Positions 16,264-26,521 of a stretch of DNA of 34,430 bases are shown one piece after another. The stretch lies in IMG/VR virus record IMGVR_UViG_3300026484_000296, positions 1 through 34,430 of that record; one strand, given 5' to 3'. The notes beneath the pieces are model-generated. The model had not been told where the DNA came from. It did not search any database and saw nothing but the letters and a program-made list of their open reading frames with translations. The DNA is from a virus. Lineage: Duplodnaviria; Caudoviricetes. A program made the translations under genes and the position numbers. Positions within the stretch are counted from its first letter, which is position 1; each line of letters starts with the position of its first letter.

Positions 16264-18096
16264 ATGGAAAAAGTTTCAAATAGAGATTTGAAAAAGATTT
16301 TTTCTACTTATGCTAAACAAAATGGTTATGAAGAAATCCCACCTACAATAATTGATTTTATAAATGATGATTATTATTTGGGACAATCTTTTAAAGACTC
16401 ATTATTCCCGTTTTGGAAAAGAAAATTAGTTGAAATTTATCCTACTCCATTCCCAGAACATAATAGAAAAAAACTTATTATTATGGACTCTGCTACTGGT
16501 ACTGGTAAATCAACGGCAGCAATGATTATGTTCTTATATGATTTAGCTAGACTTTTATGTTTAGAGGATCCACAAGGGCATTATAAGTTGCAAAAGTCTG
16601 CTAAAATTGTGGGTGTTTTAATGAACTCTACAAAAGAAGCAGTTGAACAAGTAAACTATGATCCAATGATTTCTCTTATTAGAAGAAGTCCTTTTTTCGT
16701 AAGTAAATTTAATAATAATACAAAATCAAGTCTTTTTATTAAAAATATTGATATTACTACAACTACAAGAAAAAGAGGGTTGGTTGGTTTAAATGCTATT
16801 ACTTTCTTAATTGATGAAATCGCAAGATATGATAGTATTCAAAAAGGGCTTGCAAAAGAACTTGTTACTGAAGCACTAAACAGAGTAAACTCAAGATTTC
16901 TTTTAGGTGGGGATCGTTGGCCAAGTTGTCCATCAATTATTTCATCTGCAGATACTGATGGTAGTATTATTGCAGATTTAATGAAAATGGCAAAGGGTGG
17001 AGAATTAGGAATTGACCCTGAAAAAATCCAAAGAATTCAAGCAGCAAGATATGAAGTAAAAGCAGGAGTGACTGATTATTCTGGAGAAACATTTAAAGTT
17101 TTCTTAGGGAATATGACTGCAGAACCATTTATTATTAAAACTGCTGAAGATATGGAAATGGCAGAAAAATTAGCTTCTCAACCAAATGAAATAAAAGATG
17201 TTCCTATTGAACACTTGTCAGAATTTAGTATTGATATTTATTCTGGTATAAGAGATGTTATGGGAATTAGTATTTCAGCTGATAGAAGTTTTTTCTACAG
17301 CAAAGATATGCTAAGACAAGTTATGGATGTAACCTCTTTTAATACAGATGTTATAGAACTACCAAATGGTGCTAATTTAATTGATATGTTTAATACAAAA
17401 AGCTTAGATATTTTAAGCCCTGGAGCACAAAGAGTTATAGGAATGGATATCGCCTTAAATGGGGATAGATTTGGTTTAGCTATGGGACATATTCATAAAT
17501 TTAAAGAAAATGGAAATGAAAAAGAATATGAACTTATGATTGATTTTGCAGTCGGAATAATTCCATCAGCAGAACAAAAAATAAAATTATCAGATATAAG
17601 AAAGTTTATATATGATTTACACGATAGAGGTGTTAGTATTGATTTAGTAGTATCAGATGGATTTCAATCTACTGATATGTTACAAACCTTAAATGATAAT
17701 AATTATAAAGCAGTTCAACATTCAGTTGACTTGAAAAAAGATAGTTATTATGAATTTAGAAATTATGTTATGGAAGAAAAAATATTTATGCCATTTAATA
17801 GTATTCTTTTTAGAGAGTTAATAAACCTTAGAGAGAACCCTAAAAAAATTGATCACCCTGAATGGAACCCTGATGGAACTAAAGGCTCTAAGGATATTTC
17901 AGATGCAGTGGTACAAGTTGTTTGGGGGCTTTTAAATAAGATGGAATTTAATCCTGTAAATGGTAAAGATTTTGTTGATGATATGAAAAAAGGCTTAGAA
18001 AAATATGATGAAATGGTTGAACCAAATGAGATTGCCCAACTTTTTCAGAGAAATAACGATGAGGATGCTCTAAAAAGTATTGATAAATTTTTCTAA
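16264..18096 (+). CDS. terL: Terminase large subunit
   Basis: Walker A SATGTGKS, Walker B FLIDE, RNase H-like IGMDIA, KIDHP...KDISDAV. Confidence 0.9.
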   Translation: MEKVSNRDLKKIFSTYAKQNGYEEIPPTIIDFINDDYYLGQSFKDSLFPFWKRKLVEIYPTPFPEHNRKKLIIMDSATGTGKSTAAMIMFLYDLARLLCLEDPQGHYKLQKSAKIVGVLMNSTKEAVEQVNYDPMISLIRRSPFFVSKFNNNTKSSLFIKNIDITTTTRKRGLVGLNAITFLIDEIARYDSIQKGLAKELVTEALNRVNSRFLLGGDRWPSCPSIISSADTDGSIIADLMKMAKGGELGIDPEKIQRIQAARYEVKAGVTDYSGETFKVFLGNMTAEPFIIKTAEDMEMAEKLASQPNEIKDVPIEHLSEFSIDIYSGIRDVMGISISADRSFFYSKDMLRQVMDVTSFNTDVIELPNGANLIDMFNTKSLDILSPGAQRVIGMDIALNGDRFGLAMGHIHKFKENGNEKEYELMIDFAVGIIPSAEQKIKLSDIRKFIYDLHDRGVSIDLVVSDGFQSTDMLQTLNDNNYKAVQHSVDLKKDSYYEFRNYVMEEKIFMPFNSILFRELINLRENPKKIDHPEWNPDGTKGSKDISDAVVQVVWGLLNKMEFNPVNGKDFVDDMKKGLEKYDEMVEPNEIAQLFQRNNDEDALKSIDKFF

Positions 18097-18146
18097 TAGG
18101 TTTTTATAACTAATAAATACTATTATAAAATTGAAAATAAAAAAGG

Positions 18147-19637
18147 ATGAAAATGGGATTATTTGACGGAGTTTATAATACTTTTAATAAACTAACGACT
18201 GATGCTTATAAAAAAGCATTCGGTGGAACTTCATTTGCTCAAATTGACCAGATGCAACTCCAAAAAATGAAGAACGATCCAAACATTGATAAAAATGTTA
18301 AGGAACTTGCTCTAAACTTTTTTGAAATTGGTGAAAATAAAGCAGAATTTATTAAACAATTAGATAATATTAAAAATTTTTATTTTACACAATTAATAAT
18401 TGATAGAATAATTGAAGATGGATTAAATCCAACTAATGGAAAGGATTTATTTAAAGTTAAGGTAAAAGACAGTAGAGGGGAAAAAGACGAGGTTGCATCA
18501 GAATTCCTTATGGATTTTGTAGATACTATGAATTTAAAGAAAATCATAACTGATATATCTCACGATATATTACTTTATGGTGAATATGCCTTAAGAATTG
18601 ATGTAAATTCATATCAAAGTGGTGAAAAACTAAAGGGAATTATTAATATACACGATGATGTTGATATTGCAAATCTATTACCAGTCTATAATGATGGTGA
18701 AATTAGCTATTTCTTAACAGTTAAAGATAAAAAATTGGAAACAGTGCAACCTACTGAATATGTTTATTTCAGCTTACCAGGAAATAGATTAAAGATGAAA
18801 TTTGAAGGGCTTGATAATAAAGTCTTACATTTAAGAATGGGAAAATCTGTAGTTTATCCAGTTCTTGGTTTAATAAAAGAACTTAAATTTCTTGAAGAGA
18901 TAATTCCTCAACAATTTATAAATAACCTTGTTAAGACAAAATTATTAGGAGTATCAGTTCCAAATAAAACTAAGCCATCTGATGCAATGGAAATAGCATC
19001 AGTTTTTCAAAGAATGATTAATAAAACTTTAACAAAAACAAATGTTAAAGATGATGAAGAAGAAATTTTAAGAGAACTTAGAAGTAAAGTTGGTGACATA
19101 AAAGTTATGCCAATGTTTGGTGATAAAGGTTCTATAGAAACTATTGATTTTGGTGAAAATGATAATTTTGACGATGTATTTGAAAAAATTATGGATATTA
19201 GAAAAAATATATTTTTAACTATTGGAATTCCTACATCTATTCTTGATGAGGATGGTTCTAAGGGTGAAATGATAAAAGATCATATTAGATATACTAAAAA
19301 ACTAAAATCTATTCAATATGCTATACAAGATGGTCTTCAAACAATGTTCTATATTCATTTGGTTAATAATGGGTTCACAAACTACTTAAAAGAAGATATT
19401 GATATTAACTTTTTAAATATTTTAAATACTGATGATTTAGAAAGACTTGAATATATTGATATTATGATTAGTATGATGGATAATTTTAAATCTTTTGTAG
19501 AAGATTTTGAAGATAGTGAATATGCTGAAGTAAATTGGCCAGATATTGTTAAGTTTTATAATAGTAACTTTGAAAATTTAACTGGTTTTTCTCTTTTTAC
19601 ATTGAAAGAAAATACTGGCGAAAATGATGACTTTTAA
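18147..19637 (+). CDS. Portal protein
   Basis: 496 aa directly after TerL; LLYGE, GKSV, LTIGIP pattern typical of portals. Confidence 0.78.
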   Translation: MKMGLFDGVYNTFNKLTTDAYKKAFGGTSFAQIDQMQLQKMKNDPNIDKNVKELALNFFEIGENKAEFIKQLDNIKNFYFTQLIIDRIIEDGLNPTNGKDLFKVKVKDSRGEKDEVASEFLMDFVDTMNLKKIITDISHDILLYGEYALRIDVNSYQSGEKLKGIINIHDDVDIANLLPVYNDGEISYFLTVKDKKLETVQPTEYVYFSLPGNRLKMKFEGLDNKVLHLRMGKSVVYPVLGLIKELKFLEEIIPQQFINNLVKTKLLGVSVPNKTKPSDAMEIASVFQRMINKTLTKTNVKDDEEEILRELRSKVGDIKVMPMFGDKGSIETIDFGENDNFDDVFEKIMDIRKNIFLTIGIPTSILDEDGSKGEMIKDHIRYTKKLKSIQYAIQDGLQTMFYIHLVNNGFTNYLKEDIDINFLNILNTDDLERLEYIDIMISMMDNFKSFVEDFEDSEYAEVNWPDIVKFYNSNFENLTGFSLFTLKENTGENDDF

Positions 19638-19649
19638 TAAGGATAAAAG

Positions 19650-20303
19650 ATGAAATTTAAAAATGAACAAGATTTAACTATGTTCGAAGCCTTATCGTTT
19701 GATGAAAAAACGATAAGGAAAAAACTTCAAATTGTTAAAAAATCTATTGATAGAAAAAAGTCAAGAGATATGAAAAATAATTGGAGAAGAAATAAAGCCC
19801 AACTTAAAAAGGGAATTAAAAAATGGCATCAAAGTACACAAGGAAAAAGATTTCATAAGGCTTTAGGGAGATTTAATGCTTTAAGAGAGAATAAAAATGA
19901 TTTAGATATTATAACTGATGCTTTATTTGGTTTAAATAGTATCGAAACTCATTTAATTCTTGAATTAAAATATTATGAACCTGATATTGAAGCTCTTAGT
20001 CAATTTTTACAGATCTTTGAATTTTTTAATGATGATATGTATAAGCTTAAAGAAAAACTCACAGAAGCATATATTTATGGAAATTTAGATGATAATACTC
20101 GAACAAATCTTGAAGAAGTTTTTGACTTTTTTATTGACCCAAAAATGTTATATTATTCTCTAAGAGAAGCAAAAAACCTTTCAAATGACATTTCTGAAAT
20201 GTCAGATGAAGAAGCAAATAAATTTGATAATGATATAAAAATTATTAAAGAAAATATATTTAAAGAAGATGTGAGTGTTATCATAAAAAATATGTTAATA
20301 TAA
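19650..20303 (+). CDS. Hypothetical head-module protein with basic N-terminal half
   Basis: 217-aa ORF with SD; K/R-rich N-terminus. Confidence 0.75.
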   Translation: MKFKNEQDLTMFEALSFDEKTIRKKLQIVKKSIDRKKSRDMKNNWRRNKAQLKKGIKKWHQSTQGKRFHKALGRFNALRENKNDLDIITDALFGLNSIETHLILELKYYEPDIEALSQFLQIFEFFNDDMYKLKEKLTEAYIYGNLDDNTRTNLEEVFDFFIDPKMLYYSLREAKNLSNDISEMSDEEANKFDNDIKIIKENIFKEDVSVIIKNMLI

Positions 20304-20312
20304 GGAAAAATT

Positions 20313-20897
20313 ATGAAAATTCAAGAACAGAAGCAAAAAGATATTATTGTTAATACAGAAGTAAAAAAATCAACAGATGCAAGATCAGTATCTGAAAAAA
20401 TTATAAATGGGGAAAATGAATTATCAACAGATAAATATTTTCAATTTTATAATTTTTATGGATTTTCTTTTTCTAATGCGAAAAAGGATTGTTTAGATAA
20501 TTACCCATTTGAAAATAAATTTAATGGAAGTTATCAAAAAGATAATACTCTTGGAAAATATGCTGTAGAAAATAAAAAACCAGCCATTTTAGAAATACCA
20601 GATTTTAATAGAAAGGGAAATTTTCTTATAACTTGTACTATACAAAGAAAAAGTTATAATACTGGTTTTAATATTAGTTTAATAACAGAAAATGGGGATG
20701 ATAAGAAAGAAAAACAAATAGGTGCATTTGGGAGATTAGGTTATTCTTGGAGAAAACCTAATGAAGAAACTTTATATATTCATACTACAGTATTAGATAA
20801 TTCCAAGTTATTTTTAAAATTTTCTACTCCTAGAGGATCTAAGATTTCTATTCTTAATTTTTCTATTTTAGAACTTGGAAAACAGTATGATAGTTGA
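20313..20897 (+). CDS. Hypothetical protein
   Basis: 194-aa ORF with SD aagga. Confidence 0.75.
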   Translation: MKIQEQKQKDIIVNTEVKKSTDARSVSEKIINGENELSTDKYFQFYNFYGFSFSNAKKDCLDNYPFENKFNGSYQKDNTLGKYAVENKKPAILEIPDFNRKGNFLITCTIQRKSYNTGFNISLITENGDDKKEKQIGAFGRLGYSWRKPNEETLYIHTTVLDNSKLFLKFSTPRGSKISILNFSILELGKQYDS

Positions 20898-21687
20898 AAA
20901 TCTTTTTAACCTTAATTTTTCTCTTAATCAAGATGGGGGAGAAGCATCATCTCAACAAACGAATGGTGGACAAGGAGATCTTGGATCTCTTCCAACTATA
21001 AACTTAATGGTAGTAGATCCTACAAAAGATATAGATATTAATGATACTCAATTTTTAAGCCTTGTTTATAAAAAAATTAAAGAGGCAAAGGAAGTTGATA
21101 CGAAGACTTTAAGAGACATTATAAATACTTCAAAAGATCCACTTTATATTATAATGGCTGGTTCAGTAGGATCTGGAAAAAGTTATTTTATTGATAAGCA
21201 TTTTGCTGATGTTACAACTATTGATGTTGATGATATTAAAAAAGATCTTGGAGACACTACTGGTGATAAAAAAGTCGCAAAGGCTGTTAAGATTTTACAA
21301 GCTGAAGTTGATAAACTATTAAAAGGTTCTAAAAGTTTTATTCAACAAGGAACTTCTGCAAATTTACAAAGCACTATAAATAAATTAAAGAAAGCTAAAG
21401 AACATAATTTTAAAACTGTTTTAATTTATGTTGATGGTGGAGATGAAGAAGAGATTTTTAAAAGAATACAACAAAGAGTTGGAAATGGTGGACACGGAGC
21501 ATCTATTTCACTTAATAAAATTAAAAAGTCTAAAAAGTTTTCAAAGCTAACATTAAATGCTCTATCAAATAATTTAGGAAATGCCGATGAACTTGAAATA
21601 TCAGCAATAAATAAAGCTATTGATAAAACAACTAAAGATATAAAAAAAGCTCAGGATTTACTTGACTATTTTTTAATAATTGAATAG
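20887..21687 (+). CDS. Zeta-toxin/AAA_33-like P-loop kinase with capsid-like N-terminal peptide
   Basis: MAGSVGSGKS, IDVDDIK, QGTSAN, RIQQR..NGGH; start at ATG 20887 (MIVEN). Confidence 0.75.
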   Translation: MIVENLFNLNFSLNQDGGEASSQQTNGGQGDLGSLPTINLMVVDPTKDIDINDTQFLSLVYKKIKEAKEVDTKTLRDIINTSKDPLYIIMAGSVGSGKSYFIDKHFADVTTIDVDDIKKDLGDTTGDKKVAKAVKILQAEVDKLLKGSKSFIQQGTSANLQSTINKLKKAKEHNFKTVLIYVDGGDEEEIFKRIQQRVGNGGHGASISLNKIKKSKKFSKLTLNALSNNLGNADELEISAINKAIDKTTKDIKKAQDLLDYFLIIE

Positions 21688-21705
21688 AGTATATAAGGAA
21701 AAAAT

Positions 21706-23682
21706 ATGAGAGAAAGAATAGTTGAAAATTGGGATTTTCAATATAATTATGAAGCTTCAGAAACTCCAAAAGTTGAACTTATAGAGAGCAACGGAAAGCA
21801 ATATCACGAAGAAATTTTAGGTATTGTAAGAGGGGAATCATTTTTTGGAGACTCATTTAGTAGAAATGGAAGATTTTACCCAAAAAATCTTTGGAGTAAT
21901 GCTCTAAAGAACCCAGATACTAAGAGAAATTTAGAAAGAGGTTTAATGTTTGCTTGTATAGGGCATCCTGAAAATTATTCTCTTGATGAATTACTAGCAT
22001 CTGGAGCAGTTGCTGCTAAAGTTGCAAAAATAGAATATGATGGTAAAGTAGGAATGGTAGAATATCATATCCTTAATACACCAGCTGGTAGAATTCTTAA
22101 TACAATTTTTAGAGCAGGAAGTAAACCATATGTATCTACAAGAGCATTCGGGAGTTTTTCAAATGAAACTGTAGAAAAAGATGGAATGAAATATAAAAAA
22201 CTAAATGAAAATGACTTTGAAATGGAGAGTATTGATTTTGTTATTAATCCTGGATTTTTAGGCACAAATCCTGAATTAAAAGAAAGCTTTTCAGAAGACT
22301 TAAATAAGTTAAAAGAAAGTGGTATTAGATGTAAAGATGGAGTTTGTAATTTAATTCAAGAAGCATCTGATATGGATAAAGGGATAAAAATGGATAAATT
22401 AGAAGCACTTGATAAGGTTCAACTAATTAATATTGTAGAGGGATTAAGACAAGAAATTGATTATTTAATTAATGAAGATGAAAAAGAATTCTCATCATTT
22501 GATATTATTACCTCAACAGAAAAAGATGATTTTAAGCATTTAAAACAATTTGTTTCTTATTTAGAACTAATGCTAAAATTTTTAAGATATGATGTAAGAT
22601 ATGCTGAAAGATATGCTGAATTTGTAAGATTAACTTCTGAAGATATTTTTGATAAAAATGTAATAAGTCAAATTGGTAAATTTGCTGAAGATGTAATAAA
22701 TGATGATGTTGATGAAAGTTTACAAGAACTTTCTAAATATATACTTAAAATCATTGATATAAATAATACTAACGATAATGATACAAAAGACTCAAAAGAT
22801 GTCGATAATGAAGATTTTATTGATACATTAGTAAAAAGTTTTTATGAAGCTCAAAAATTAAAGTCTGAAAATAAAAAGCTTGAAAAAAGAGCACAAAAAT
22901 CAGAAAGTCTTATAGAGAATTTTAGTAAAGGTGAAAATTTACTAAATAAGCAAGTTGAATTTTTAGCTAGTTTAAATAAATCTCTAACTGAAGAATTAGA
23001 ACAAGTTGAAGTAAAATCAAATGAAAAACAAGATGAAATAAAATCACTTGAAGAGACTGTTGCGACATTATCAAGATCTTTAAATAGAAAAAATGAAGAA
23101 ATAAATAATTTTGAGGCAAAGATTGAAAGTCTTACTGAAAAAATTAAAATAATGGACTCAAAAGAACCTGAAAAAATTATAGAAACAAAAGTTGAAAAAG
23201 TTGAAAACCCTTTAAATGAAGAGTTAAAAACTAAACTTTCTAATGTTGAGGCGAAAAATGAAGAGTTAGAGCAAGAGTTAAAACAAATTCAAGAACTTTA
23301 TTCTGATTTAGAGAACTCACTTAAACCTGATGTTGATATTGCACCATTAAAAGAGTCAATTTCTTCTTTAAGTAAAGAAAAAGATTTAATTAGTGAAAAA
23401 CTTGGGATAACTGAAAAACAGTTAAATGAGACTATAAATAAAGTAAATAGCTTGAAAGAGTATAAAGTTAAATTCTTACAAGAAAAATTTAGAGTTGAAA
23501 AACAAACTATAATTGAATTTTGTGAAAAATTCAATGAAGATGAAGTTGAAGCTCAACTTGCTAGACATACAAAAATACTAAAACAATCTGAGGCAAAAGT
23601 TGCTCCAGTAGGATTTGATATTTCGTTTAAAGAAAAAACTGAGAAAAATGAAGTTAAAGAAAGATTAAGTAAATTAGTATAA
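21706..23682 (+). CDS. Prohead protease (T4 gp21-like) fused to a coiled-coil scaffold
   Basis: NGRFYP, IGHP, ILNTPAG, VSTRAFGS, IDFVINPGF; then ~450 aa largely E/K-rich helical region. Confidence 0.85.
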   Translation: MRERIVENWDFQYNYEASETPKVELIESNGKQYHEEILGIVRGESFFGDSFSRNGRFYPKNLWSNALKNPDTKRNLERGLMFACIGHPENYSLDELLASGAVAAKVAKIEYDGKVGMVEYHILNTPAGRILNTIFRAGSKPYVSTRAFGSFSNETVEKDGMKYKKLNENDFEMESIDFVINPGFLGTNPELKESFSEDLNKLKESGIRCKDGVCNLIQEASDMDKGIKMDKLEALDKVQLINIVEGLRQEIDYLINEDEKEFSSFDIITSTEKDDFKHLKQFVSYLELMLKFLRYDVRYAERYAEFVRLTSEDIFDKNVISQIGKFAEDVINDDVDESLQELSKYILKIIDINNTNDNDTKDSKDVDNEDFIDTLVKSFYEAQKLKSENKKLEKRAQKSESLIENFSKGENLLNKQVEFLASLNKSLTEELEQVEVKSNEKQDEIKSLEETVATLSRSLNRKNEEINNFEAKIESLTEKIKIMDSKEPEKIIETKVEKVENPLNEELKTKLSNVEAKNEELEQELKQIQELYSDLENSLKPDVDIAPLKESISSLSKEKDLISEKLGITEKQLNETINKVNSLKEYKVKFLQEKFRVEKQTIIEFCEKFNEDEVEAQLARHTKILKQSEAKVAPVGFDISFKEKTEKNEVKERLSKLV

Positions 23683-23842
23683 CAATAAATATATTTTTAG
23701 GTAGCAAAGAATGCTTTGAGATATAGAAATAAGTTAGCTATGAATTTTGTCTTTTGACAAAATGGAATTATCTTAATTGATAATATAAATCAAAGTTTTG
23801 GTAATATTTTTACCATTAATCGGAATAATCTATATTCCTAAA

Positions 23843-23850
23843 TATAAATA
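23843..23850 (+). promoter_or_regulatory. Late promoter of the major capsid gene
   Basis: Exact tataaata upstream of SD aagga. Confidence 0.65.
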
Positions 23851-23877
23851 ATTTAAAATAAAATAAAGGAAAAATTT

Positions 23878-25269
23878 ATGGAAGTAAAAAACATAAATGA
23901 ACAAGCTGATAAGCTTTATTCACAATACAAAGAATATATGGACTTTTATGAGTCAAAAGCGACTGTTGGTAAAACAAGAAGTATAACAACTGAAGATATC
24001 TATGCATTCGGTAAACAATTAGAAAACTATTCTCAATGGCAATCATTTGTTGAGTCAAATGGTGGACAAGGTGATTTAGGTGTTCTTCCAAATGTTGCAC
24101 TTGATGTAATTACTGCTGCAAATACAAGTTCTGTTATTCCAATGTTCGCATCTGTTCAACCACTTGATGATGTTCAAGGAACAATTTGGTTTAAAAATAT
24201 TGTTGCTAAAACAAACAGAGGTAATGTTAAAGATGAACAAAACCTTGTAACTGGTATGGGTGGTAGACAAACTGTTGCTAGTCAATTTGCTGGTTCTACA
24301 ATTACTGGTGAAGTTGAAGCTACTGGTGATGGATCAACAACTAAATTTGCATATACTGTAAAATATTCTCCTGTTCTTCAAAGAACAACTACAATTTCTA
24401 TTGCTGGTACATCAGTAAAAGGTATTGATGATGGTGAAGGAAATATTGTTGGTGTTGGTATTACTAAAGGGACAATCAATTATTCAACTGGTGCTGTAAC
24501 TGTAGAATTTAATGATGCTCCTGCAAAAGATGCTGAAATTACTCAAGCATACTCTACTGATTTTGAAGGAATGGATGAAATTCCTACTGTAAATACAGAG
24601 TACACAAGTAAAATGATTAAAGCAAAAGATTTTGCACTTAGAAGTGAAATTGGTTTATTCAAATCATTCGCAATGAGTAAAAGATTTGGTATTAATCCTG
24701 AAGAAATGATTGCAAAAGATCTAGTTCAAGAATTAAATGCTGAAACTTCAAACAATGCTGTTTTAACTGCTTATATCAATGCTGTTGGTACTGTAGAGTG
24801 GAATAAAAAAGCTCCAACTGGTGTTTCTTATACAGAACACAAACTTACTTTCTTTGATGCATTAGCAAGTGCTGAAGCTCAAATTTTAGGTAATGCTGGT
24901 AGAATGAATGGTGCATCAGTTATTATAGCTGGTACAACTGCTGCTTCAACTTTAAGAACTATGCCTGGATTTGTTGCTGAAGAACAACAAAATGCTGTAC
25001 TTGGTACACATTACTTTGGTACTCTAGATGGTAAAGTTGTTATTAGAAGTATGGCTCTTCCTGCAGATGAAATGGTAATCATTTCTAAAGGTAGTTCATT
25101 CTTTGATAGCCCAGTAGTATTCTCTCCATATTTACCACTATATGTGACAAATATGATGGATGGTATGGATCATAATCCACTTAAATCTCAAAAAGCTGTA
25201 GCAATGCAAGCTGGTATTGATGCTCCTGTTGGAACATTAATGACTAAATTAAAAATCGTTGAAGCATAA
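23878..25269 (+). CDS. Major capsid protein (T4 gp23-like HK97 fold with insertion domain)
   Basis: SVQPL..VQG.I, GTLDG, VFSPYLPL; position after protease; highly expressed codon bias. Confidence 0.9.
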   Translation: MEVKNINEQADKLYSQYKEYMDFYESKATVGKTRSITTEDIYAFGKQLENYSQWQSFVESNGGQGDLGVLPNVALDVITAANTSSVIPMFASVQPLDDVQGTIWFKNIVAKTNRGNVKDEQNLVTGMGGRQTVASQFAGSTITGEVEATGDGSTTKFAYTVKYSPVLQRTTTISIAGTSVKGIDDGEGNIVGVGITKGTINYSTGAVTVEFNDAPAKDAEITQAYSTDFEGMDEIPTVNTEYTSKMIKAKDFALRSEIGLFKSFAMSKRFGINPEEMIAKDLVQELNAETSNNAVLTAYINAVGTVEWNKKAPTGVSYTEHKLTFFDALASAEAQILGNAGRMNGASVIIAGTTAASTLRTMPGFVAEEQQNAVLGTHYFGTLDGKVVIRSMALPADEMVIISKGSSFFDSPVVFSPYLPLYVTNMMDGMDHNPLKSQKAVAMQAGIDAPVGTLMTKLKIVEA

Positions 25270-25293
25270 GCTTCTCCGATTAGAGATTTAATC

Positions 25294-25322
25294 TAAGGGA
25301 GTTTATTCTCCCTTAAACTTTT
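25294..25322 (+). terminator. Rho-independent terminator after the capsid gene
   Basis: taagggag-tttatt-ctccctta followed by aactttt. Confidence 0.6.
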
Positions 25323-25419
25323 CTTAAAAACATGCGAAAAAATTAAAAGAATAGACGAACTCGCCTTAAAAAGTGACCTATTTTAAAAGGAAATTTGAAA
25401 TTGAAAAAGGATAAAATAT

Positions 25420-25965
25420 ATGAAATTAAAAGAATTTAAAGTTACTAATATATCAGATCTTCACGTAGTTGTAAGAACTCCAAGTGAGACTTTTGGATTA
25501 AACCCTAAAGATTCACAAATTACAATAGCTGAAAAGATGGGAGACATTATTGCTCCGAAAGATTTAATAGAAATAACTTCAGGTAAAAAGACATTCTTTA
25601 AAGTAAATGAAACAGTTGTCGAGATAAATCACGATGGAAAAATTCTTTCGGGTAAAGAATTAAAAATTAGTGATGTAAACGAGTCTTTAAATGTAAAAAT
25701 TAAAGAGACTGTAGAAAAGAAAACTGATAATGTTGTTGAAGAAATTAAAGATTTAGCTAAAGAAGTTGCTAAAGATATAAAAACGCAAACTGAAACTAAA
25801 GTTGAAGAAAAAGCTGAAGAAGTAAAAACTCCTGCTAAAAAACCAGCTCCTAAAAAAGCTCCAGTTAAAAAACAACCATTAAATAAAGTTGAAGAAACAA
25901 AAGATGAAGAAGTAAAAACTCCTGCTCCAAGAAGAGGAAGAAAAAAAGCTTCAGAAACTAAATAA
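25420..25965 (+). CDS. Hypothetical protein with histone-H1-like K/P/A tail
   Basis: PAKKPAPKKAPVKK, duplicated EEVKTPA, terminal PRRGRKK. Confidence 0.8.
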   Translation: MKLKEFKVTNISDLHVVVRTPSETFGLNPKDSQITIAEKMGDIIAPKDLIEITSGKKTFFKVNETVVEINHDGKILSGKELKISDVNESLNVKIKETVEKKTDNVVEEIKDLAKEVAKDIKTQTETKVEEKAEEVKTPAKKPAPKKAPVKKQPLNKVEETKDEEVKTPAPRRGRKKASETK

Positions 25966-25980
25966 TCCAAAGGAATTATT

Positions 25981-26496
25981 ATGAAAGAAAAACTTGAACA
26001 AATCAAGAAAATTGCTGAGTCGTTTGGAATACCTTTCTCAGAAGATAAAGGTACTTTAGTTCTTGGTGTACAAGAAACTAACAATGCAGACTTAGATTTA
26101 ATTGATTTTTTAAAAATTTATGTAAAAGATGATGCTAATATTATCTCAGATGGAAGTGGTTATACTGTAAAGGTAACTGCAATCGGTGCAACTAATTTAA
26201 AAATGATGCTTATTTCACTATTTGCTGATGTTTATGATGTTGAAGTAGTTGATCAAGAAACATTAAAAATTGTTTCTAAAGGTGCTGTATCAAATGAAGA
26301 TACTATTCAAAAAGTTGATTTTGCTGAACTTGCAGAAAGATTAGATAATGATTTTGTTGAAATTGAAGTATTTGAAGACAAAATTGTAATAGGTTCTGAA
26401 AGAGAAAAAACTCTTGAAGCAATAGCAAGTCTTGCTGATGAATTTAATGAAAAATTAAACATTGAAATTCAAAGAAAACAAGTAATAATTAAATAA
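25981..26496 (+). CDS. Hypothetical virion-module protein
   Basis: 171-aa acidic ORF with SD aagga. Confidence 0.78.
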   Translation: MKEKLEQIKKIAESFGIPFSEDKGTLVLGVQETNNADLDLIDFLKIYVKDDANIISDGSGYTVKVTAIGATNLKMMLISLFADVYDVEVVDQETLKIVSKGAVSNEDTIQKVDFAELAERLDNDFVEIEVFEDKIVIGSEREKTLEAIASLADEFNEKLNIEIQRKQVIIK

Positions 26497-26521
26497 CTAA
26501 AACATATAAAAGGAAAATTTT

